A stretch of DNA of 64,000 nucleotides. It comes from the human T2T-CHM13v2.0 reference genome, Homo sapiens. Of this stretch, positions 55,564 to 64,000 are shown piece by piece. The stretch lies in the NCBI RefSeq assembly GCF_009914755.1, contig NC_060930.1. The stretch is one strand, 5' to 3'. The translations under genes and the position numbers were made by a program. The notes under the pieces are model-generated. The model had not been told where the DNA came from. It did not search any database and saw only the letters and a list, made by a program, of their open reading frames with translations. The number at the start of each line of letters is the position of its first letter. The first letter of the stretch is position 1.

Positions 55564-57141
55564 AAAGAAGTAGAAAAGCAAGAGCAGACCAAAGCCAAAA
55601 TTAGTAGAAGAAAAGAAATAATAAAGATCAGAACAGAAATACGTAATTTTGAAATGAAGAAAACAATACAAAAGATCATTGAAACAAGAAGTTGGTTTTT
55701 TGAAAGATAAACAAAATTGACATCTTGCCAGACTAGTAAAGAAAACAAGGGAGAAGACTCAAGTAAATAAAATCAGAGATGAAAAAGGAGACATTACAAG
55801 TGATACCAGAGAAATCAAAAGGATCATTAGTGGCTACTATGAGCAACTATAGGCCAATAAATTGGAAAATCTAGAGGAAAGGATAAATTCCTAGACACAC
55901 ACAACCTAACAAGAGTGAACCATGAAGAAACCCAAAATGTGAACAGACCAATAACAAGTAATGAGATTGAAGCCATAATAAAAATGTCTTCCAGTAAAGA
56001 AAAGCCCAGGGCTTGATGTCTTCACTGCTTATTTCTACTAAACATTTAAAGAAGAACTAATATCAGTCCTACTCAAACTATTCCAAAAAATGGAGGAGGG
56101 AATACTTCCAAACTCACTCTGTGAGGCCAGTATTACTCTGATACCAAAACCAGACAAAGACACATCAAAAAGAAAAGAAAACTACAGGCCACTATCTCCA
56201 AGTAATATTTATGCAAAAATCATCAACAAAATACTAGCAAACTCAATTCAACAATACACTGAAAAGATTATTCATCATGAGCAAGTGGGATTTATACCAG
56301 GGATTCAAGCATGGCTCAGCATATGCAAATCAATCATCAATATAATGCATTATATCAACAGAATGAAGGACAGAAATCATAAGATTTTTTTCAATTGGTA
56401 CTGAAAAACATTTGCTAAAGTTCAATATCCCTTCATAATCAAAACCCCCAAAAACTGAGTATAGAAGGAATATACCTTAACATAATAAAAATCATATATG
56501 ACAGACCCACAGCAAGTATCATATGGAATGAGGGAAAACTGAAAGACTTTCCTCTAAGATCTAGAACACAACAAGGATACCCACTTTCACCATTGTTTTC
56601 AACATATTACTGGAAGTCCTAGCTAAAGGAATCAGACAAGAGAAAGAAATAAAGGGAACCCAAATTGGAAAGGAAGAAGGCAAATTATCCTTGTTTACAG
56701 ATGTTATGATCTCATGTTTGGAAAAATCTAGACTCCCTACCAAAAAACTATTGGAACTGATAAACAAATTCAGTCAAGTTGCATGATACAAAATCAACAT
56801 ACAAATATCAGTAGCATTTCTATATGCCTACAGTGAACATTCTGAAAAAAAAATCAAAAAAGTAATTTCATTTACAATAGCTACAAATAAAATAAAATAT
56901 GACGGAATTAACCAGTGAAGTGAAAGATCTCTACAATGATAACGATAAGACATTGATTCAAGAAATTGAAGAAGATACAAAATTTGAAAGAGAGTCCATG
57001 TTCATGGACTGGAAGAGTAAATATTGTTAAATTGTTCTTACTACACAAAGCAATCTACAGATTTAATACAATCTCTATCAAAATACCAAGGACAGTCTTC
57101 ACAGAAATAGAAGAAATAATCCTAAAATTTATATGGAATCA

Positions 57142-57534
<393 letters not shown>

Positions 57535-58985
57535 TCATTTTCGACAAATGTGCCAGGAACATACATTAGGGAAAATGCAGTCTCTTCAAAAATTGTGCTG
57601 GAGAAACTGAATATCTATATAGCAGAAGAATGAAACTTGTCCCCTATCTCCTGCCATATACAAAAATAAAAAAAAATTGCTTAAAGACTTAACTCTGAGA
57701 CCTTTAACCATGAAACTACTGTAAGAACACATAGGGGAAAGTTTTCAGGACATTGGTCTGGGCAAAAATTTCTCGAGCAATACCCACAATCACAGGCAAC
57801 CAAAGCAAATATGGGCAAATGGGATCACATCAAGTTAAAAAGCTTCTGCACAGCAAAGGAAACAATCAATAAAGTGAAGAAACAACCCACAGAATTGGAG
57901 ACAATATTTGAAAACTACTCATCTGACAAGGGATTGAACACTAGAATATATAAGGAAAAAAACCCTATAGGAAAAGAAATCTAATAACTGATCAAAAAAT
58001 GGGCAAAAGATTTGAATAGACATTTCTCAAAAGAAGACATACAATTGGCAAACAGGCATATAAAAAGGTATTCAACATCATTGATCATCAGAGAAATGCC
58101 TATCAAAATCACAATGTGATATCATTTCAGCCCAGTTAAAATGTCTTTTATCCAAAAGTCAGGCAATAACAAATGCTGGTGAGGATGTGGAGAAAAGGGA
58201 TCCCTTAAGCACTGTTAGTGGGTATGTAAATTAGTACAACCGCTATGGAGAACAGTTTGGAGGTGCCTCAAAAAACTAAAAATGGAGCTACCATACCATC
58301 TGGCAATCCCGCTGCTGGGTATCTAACCAAAAGAAATGAAATCAGAATATCAAAGAGATATCTGCACTCCCATATTTGTTGCAGTACTGTTCACAATAGC
58401 CAAGATTTGGAAACAACCTAAATTTCCATCAACAGGTGAATCTATAAAGAAAATGTAGGACTTGAACACAATGGAGTACTACTATTCAGCCATAAAAAGA
58501 ATGAGATCCTGTCATTTGCAACATGGATGGAACTGGAGATCATTATGTTAAGTAAAATAAACCAGGCACAGAAAAACAACTATTCAATGTTCTCACTTAT
58601 TTGTGGGATCTAAAAATAAAAACAATTAAACTCATGGAGATAGAGAATAGAAGGATGGTTACCAGAGGCTGAGAAGGGTGGTCAGGGAGTGAGAGAGAGG
58701 TGAGGATGGTTAATGGGTTAAAAAAATAGAAAGAATAGATAAGATGCAGTATTTGATAGCACAGCAGCAGGACTATAGTCAATAATAATTTAACTGTACA
58801 TTTCAAAATAACTAAAAGAGTGTAATCGGATTGTTTGTAAAACAAAAGACAAATGCTTGACAGATGCATACCCTGTTCTCCATGATGTGCTTATTTCACA
58901 TTGCATATGCCTGTATCAAAACATCTCACGTACCCAATAAATACATACACCTAGTATGTACCCACAAAAATTAAAAATTAAAAAA

Positions 58986-59317
58986 AAGAGGTGGGACCAT
59001 TAAGAGGTGATTAGGTCATGAGGGCTGAGGGCTTTGCTCTCATTAGTGGATTACTGTTGTTATTTCAGGGAAGGGTTACGTTGAGACTGAGTTGTTATAA
59101 AAGCAAGTTCAACCTTTTCTTGATTGCTCACTCTTGCGCTGTCTTGCCCTTCCACCTTTTACCTTGGGGTGATACAGCAGAAAGGCCCCTCACCAGGTGC
59201 CATGCCAAGCTTTTGGACTTCATAGCCTTCAGAACCATGAGCCAAATAAACTTCTATTCTTTAAAAATTACCCAGTCTGTGGTATTCTTTTAGAGCAACG
59301 TAAAATGGACTTACACA
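58986..59317 (+). mobile_element. MST-type MaLR LTR, 3' part
   Basis: gaggtgattaggtcatgaggg...aattacccagtctgtggtattc...aatggacttacaca followed by TSD ccatc (59318-59322). Confidence 0.88.
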
Positions 59318-59700
59318 CCATCTCTCAACTATGCATTTTTTTGTGTTAACTTCATCCTAAGGCAGCCTCTCTCCACATAGTGGCAAGAGTGTTTCTCAGT
59401 GTCTGCTTTATATTCTACCAGATGAACAACTTTAGCAGAAAGCTCCTCTTCCCCAGTAGTGCCAGAAAGTCACAGGGCTGACTCTGCTTGGCCCAGCTAG
59501 GTCTTCATGCCCATTTGTAGACCAATTACTATAACAGGAGTGACAGAATAACCTGGTGAGCCAGAAAGGGGTCACAAGTTCCACTTGAAACATATAAATT
59601 GGTGAGGGGGTAGGGGGCAGGGAGAGGAGGATGGGTGAATACTCAGAAGTTACTTAGATTATAAACAAGTGGATGGAAAGGAAAGCTGGGAATACAAAGA
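59318..59700 (-). mobile_element. MLT1K-like LTR, right part
   Basis: cttcatcctaaggcagcctctctccacatagtggcaag...gggctgactctgcttggccca...accaattact. Confidence 0.65.
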
Positions 59701-60380
59701 CAGATTAACGTTTGATAGACAGATGGATTGATAGATGATGACAGACAGAAGATAGATTATTGATAGATGAATAATGACTATTGTCAGCCATTTACACCTT
59801 AAACATGACTAGAGTTTTTATGTACACATTTTAATAAGTCTGTGTATCCACTGTTGGTATCTTGAATGGCTTCTTCACCTTCCTTTGCTAAGGGATAGAT
59901 GTTAGTCTTAGTATTTGAAACATTTCTTCTCTATCGAACCAGGTGGACTAATTTTATTTCCTCCTTTTTTGGATTGCTGAAAGTGCTGAAAGGAAAAATA
60001 ACAGCCCCAATTATTTCAATCAGGTGAGAGGAAATTTATCATTTCCAACTAAAATGACATTGATTAAAAACAAACATCATATATGTCAGCAAAGAAAGGG
60101 TCCCAAGGACTTCGCCAAACATTCTTTCATTGCTAATGTTATACAGTTCACAAAAGTTTGGCCGCCTTCTGCAAGGAAAATTATTTTGTTCATTTATTCA
60201 CTCACTTATTCAACAAATTGTTTATTGAATATTGAGGCAGATTTATCACAAAGCGAATGAAGCTTAATTTTTATTATTTTATTATATCCTTTTCAAAGGC
60301 CTGGAGGAACCCTAGAGATGTGTTTACATGCTTATATATTTTGGTAAAACTTGAAAACGTAAAAAATATTTACAATGCTG

Positions 60381-60790
60381 GCCATAAAAAAGAACAAAGC
60401 CATGTTCTTTGCAGCAACATGGATACAGCTGGAGGCCATTATCCCAAGTGAATTAAAGCAGGAACAGAAAACCAAATACACATGTTCTCACTTGTAAGTG
60501 AGAGCTAAACATTGAGTATTCAATGGACATAAAGATGGCAACAGTAAATATTGGGTACTACTAGGGGGGGGGGGAGGGAAGGAGGGAGACAAAGGTTGAA
60601 AAACTAGCTGTTAATTTAAAAAACAAACAAACAAAAAACTCCCAAAACTAGCTGTTGGGTGCAATGATAACTTCCTGGGTGATGGATTCAACAGTACCCC
60701 AAACCTCAGCCTAACATAATATACCCACGTAACAAACCTGCACATGTATCCCCTGAATCTAAAATATAAGTTGATATTATTTTTAAAAAA
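60381..60790 (+). mobile_element. L1PB4-like 3' end
   Basis: ggacataaagatggcaacag...ccccaaacctcagc...cccctgaatctaaaat. Confidence 0.88.
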
Positions 60791-61392
60791 TTAGCTGTAG
60801 TAGGTTAAGTGCACTCTCTTTCCACTCTGACCTTCTCCCTGACCACTGAGGGTAGTGTTGAAGAAGCTGTCATCATTTTGGAGATATGGCTAAGGAGAGG
60901 ATGAGTTAAGGTGTAGTTATTGCTAGCTCTGCTTGTGTAGGAATGGCTTTCAGGGATATTCTACTACCACTGTGCTGGCTTACTGAGTTTTATGACTGAA
61001 GCTGTAGAGCAGAACGTTACAACAAGCTTTGAAACATATATTACAGTACCTTTGGGATGGAAAGTAAAACAAAGTTTGTATGAAGCCAAAAGCAAGCCAG
61101 AGGAAAATTATTTTAATTTTCAGAAGCATAAAACTGATATAAAAATTATAAGCCAAGGATTCAATACTAGTAAAAATGGAAGTACATTCCTGTTAATAAT
61201 ATGCTTGCTAACACAGAGAACACGCCATACATTAATTTCTTTCTTGATGGTATTTGTACAAGATGTAACTTAACAGAATTTCTGTGATTGTAGGACCCAG
61301 TCCTACAGTGAGTATATCTGTGTGTGAAGCTGCATATATTATATATCCCAACTATCAGTAATAAAAAGTAAATTTGGATCAACAATGTTATT

Positions 61393-61668
61393 GCCAGGCA
61401 TGGTAGCTCACACCTGTAATCTCAGCACTTTGGGAGGCTGAGGTGGGCAGCCTGATTGAGTCTTGAAGTTCAAGACTAGCCTGGGTAACATAGCAAAATC
61501 TCCTATCTACAAAAAATTAGCCAGGCATGGCGGCACATGCCTGTAGTCCCAGCTACTCAGGAGGCTGAGGTGGGAGGATCACCTGAGCCCAGGAGGTCAA
61601 GGCTGCAGTGAGACTGCACTCCAGCCTGAGTGACAGAGTGAGACCCTGTCTCAAAACAAAACAAACAA
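61393..61668 (+). mobile_element. AluJ
   Basis: Dimer with TSD aacaatgtta (61381-61390, 61669-61678). Confidence 0.95.
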
Positions 61669-62184
61669 AACAATGTTAGAGGAAAGACTACATTTTTATT
61701 ATAATGTGGATGAAATACAAGTATGGAGACATAAAGGGCTAACTCAATTTCCCTCTTGTGAAAGAACAAAGTGCATCAAATTTAAGTGATACAGACTCTA
61801 AAGCACTCCACTTATACCATGAGACTCAAGTATATAACGGCAGGCAATGAAAAGCCAAAAAATTGTTGTGGTGGGCTTCATCCTAGAGGACATAAACACA
61901 ACAAAGAAAAATCCAACACCAAGGAGGAACTTCTCCCTTCCTTCTCCCAGAACACATGGCTTTAACTAGCAGAAATCCAGCATAATGGGATTTGTTCTGA
62001 ATGAGCAAACAGAAATACTTCCATATTGATTGAAGGAGAGAATGGCTTTGCATGATAAATTGAAATGCCTTTCTTTTAAATAGATTTACTCAAAGAAGAA
62101 AAGAGACAGTTTTAGAAAATTTCTGAATTTTCTAAATTAAGAATGAATTGAGAAAAAAATTTATTTGTGAAACTAGGGTGAGAT

Positions 62185-62250
62185 AAATTTGTGTTTGAGA
62201 CAGAATTTGTCAAACACAAATTTGACAAATTCTGTCTCAAACACAAATTT
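62185..62250. repeat. Perfect inverted repeat, 30-bp arms and 6-nt spacer
   Basis: aaatttgtgtttgagacagaatttgtcaaa (62185-62214) - cacaaa - tttgacaaattctgtctcaaacacaaattt (62221-62250); the arms are exact reverse complements. Confidence 0.97.
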
Positions 62251-62334
62251 GTCAAGTACAAATCTGAGACAAATTTTGAGACAAAAGTGTATTTGTGAAA
62301 ATGGGTTGAGAGATCATGAAGTAAAGAATATTCT

Positions 62335-63374
62335 TATTGGGGGAACCCACCCCCAATATTTCAACATATGTTCTATGTTCTATTTTCCATAAGTGTTGGC
62401 CAGCTGAGAAATAAAGAGAGACAGTACAAAGAGAGGAATTTTACAGCTGGGCTGCCGGGGATGACATCACATATCAGCAGGACTGTGATGCTTGCCTGAG
62501 TCTCAGACCAGCAAGTTTTTATTAACGGTTGCAAAAGGGGAGGGGGTGTAAGAACAGGGAGTAGGTACAAAGATCACATGCTTCAAAAGGCAAAAAGCAG
62601 AACTACTAGTAAGGGTCTAACAAAGATCACAAGGCAAAGGGCAAAAGCAGAACTACTGATAAGGGTCTATGTTCAGTGGTGCACGTATTGTCTTGATAAG
62701 CATCTTAAATAACAGAAAACAGGGTTCAAGAGCAGAGAACTGGTCTAACCACAAATTTACCAGGGCAGAGTTTTTCCCCACCCTAGTAAGCCTGAGGGTA
62801 CTGCAGGAGACCAGGGCGTATCTCAGTCCTCATCTCAACTGCATAAGACAGACATTCCCAGAGCGGCAATTTATAGACCTCCCACCAGGAATGCATTCCT
62901 TCCCTAGGGTATTAATATTAATATTCCTTGCCAGAAAAAGAATTTAGAGATACCTTCCCTACTTTCACGTCTGTTTATAGGCTCTCTGCAAGAAGAAAAA
63001 TATGGCTCTTTTTGCCCGACCCCACAGGCAGTCAGACCTTATGGTTGTCTTCCCTTGTTCCCTAAAAATAGCTGTTATTCCAGTCTTTTTCAAGGTGCCC
63101 TCATTTCATATTGTTCAAACACACATGTTTTACAATCAATTTGTACAGTTAAGACAATTATCACAGTGGTCCTGAGGTGACGCGCATCCTCAGCTTATGA
63201 ATATAACAGGATTAAGAGATTAAAATAAAGACAGGCGTAAGAAATTATAAAACTATTATTTGGGAACTGATAAATTAAAATTTGTCCACATTAAAATGAA
63301 ATCTTCACAATTTATGTTCCTCTGCTGTGGCTCCAGCTGGTCCCTCCATTCGGGGTCCCTGACTTCCTGCAACA
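62335..63374 (-). mobile_element. MER11 solo LTR (HERV-K/HML-8)
   Basis: tattgggggaacccaccccc ... ggggtccctgacttcctgcaaca; 6-bp TSD tattct/cattct; internal duplicated gcaaaa(a)gcagaactact unit. Confidence 0.93.
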
Positions 63375-63429
63375 CATTCTAATATCAGGAAAGTTTGGTT
63401 TGATACTTGAAGAATTAATAAACACATTT

Positions 63430-64000
63430 TTATGGAGAGATATGAATGTACTTAGAGCAGATGATTTAATACTGTTAAGATGTCAGTTGGCATTCTCCTA
63501 AATTTGATCTATAGATTCAACAACATCGCAATAAAAACCCTAGAAGTATTATCTGTGGTCACTGACAAGATGAGTCTAAAATGTATATGAAGAAAATCAA
63601 AGAACTTAGAATATCCAAAATAGTTTTGAAAAAGAAAAAGTTAAACATTTGTATTATCTGATTTCAAAACTTACTGTAAATATATAGTAATCAAGACATT
63701 GTGGTATTGATGTAAAGATTAACATTTAGATCAATAGAATTAAATAGAGTCTAGTAGAAATTCACATGTATATGTTCAATTATTTTGTATGCTAGGTCCT
63801 AATATGACTAAATAGAGAAGAGGGAGTCTTTTTAACAAATACTGCTGGCACAACTAAATATTTACTTGAGGAAAAATAAAAAATTACTCTTATCTCACAT
63901 GATACACAAAAATTAATTGTAAATAAACTATAGACCTATGGTTTTAAGAAGAAAATATAGGAGAAAGTCTTTGTGATCTTTTGGTATGGAAAGATTTTCT
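63430..64000 (+). mobile_element. Ancient L1M ORF2 fragment
   Basis: ttgatctatagattcaac, atcaagacattgtggtattg, tatctcacatgatacacaaaaattaat; runs off the right edge. Confidence 0.85.

Noticed and set aside
62583-62670. Spaced direct repeat resembling an array
   Set aside because: Internal repeat unit of the MER11 LTR; no CRISPR-like or other array in this eukaryotic window.

Overview
This is primate, very probably human, genomic DNA: AT-rich, CpG-depleted and dominated by interspersed repeats (Alu, L1, L2, MIR, MaLR/ERV LTRs, DNA-transposon fossils). I found no intact protein-coding exon; the listed ORFs look like repeat-derived or chance ORFs. The main non-repeat object is a decayed, intronless, 5'-truncated processed pseudogene of CDC73 (parafibromin) at ~26.3-28.0 kb, fused directly to the tail of an L1. 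Other points of interest: (1) two long L1MA-type elements ~30 kb apart that share many non-consensus changes, including two ORF2 stop codons, suggesting local copying or gene conversion; (2) a mosaic Alu with an AluS body and an AluYb8-type 3' end; (3) a perfect 30-bp-arm palindrome at 62.2 kb; (4) a four-level nested insertion with readable target-site duplications; (5) a small CpG-rich patch with a CTCF-like motif at ~41.3 kb. I found no evidence for a new multi-gene biological system. Repeat subfamily names and the CDC73 match come from recalled consensus sequences and need RepeatMasker/Dfam and BLAST confirmation.
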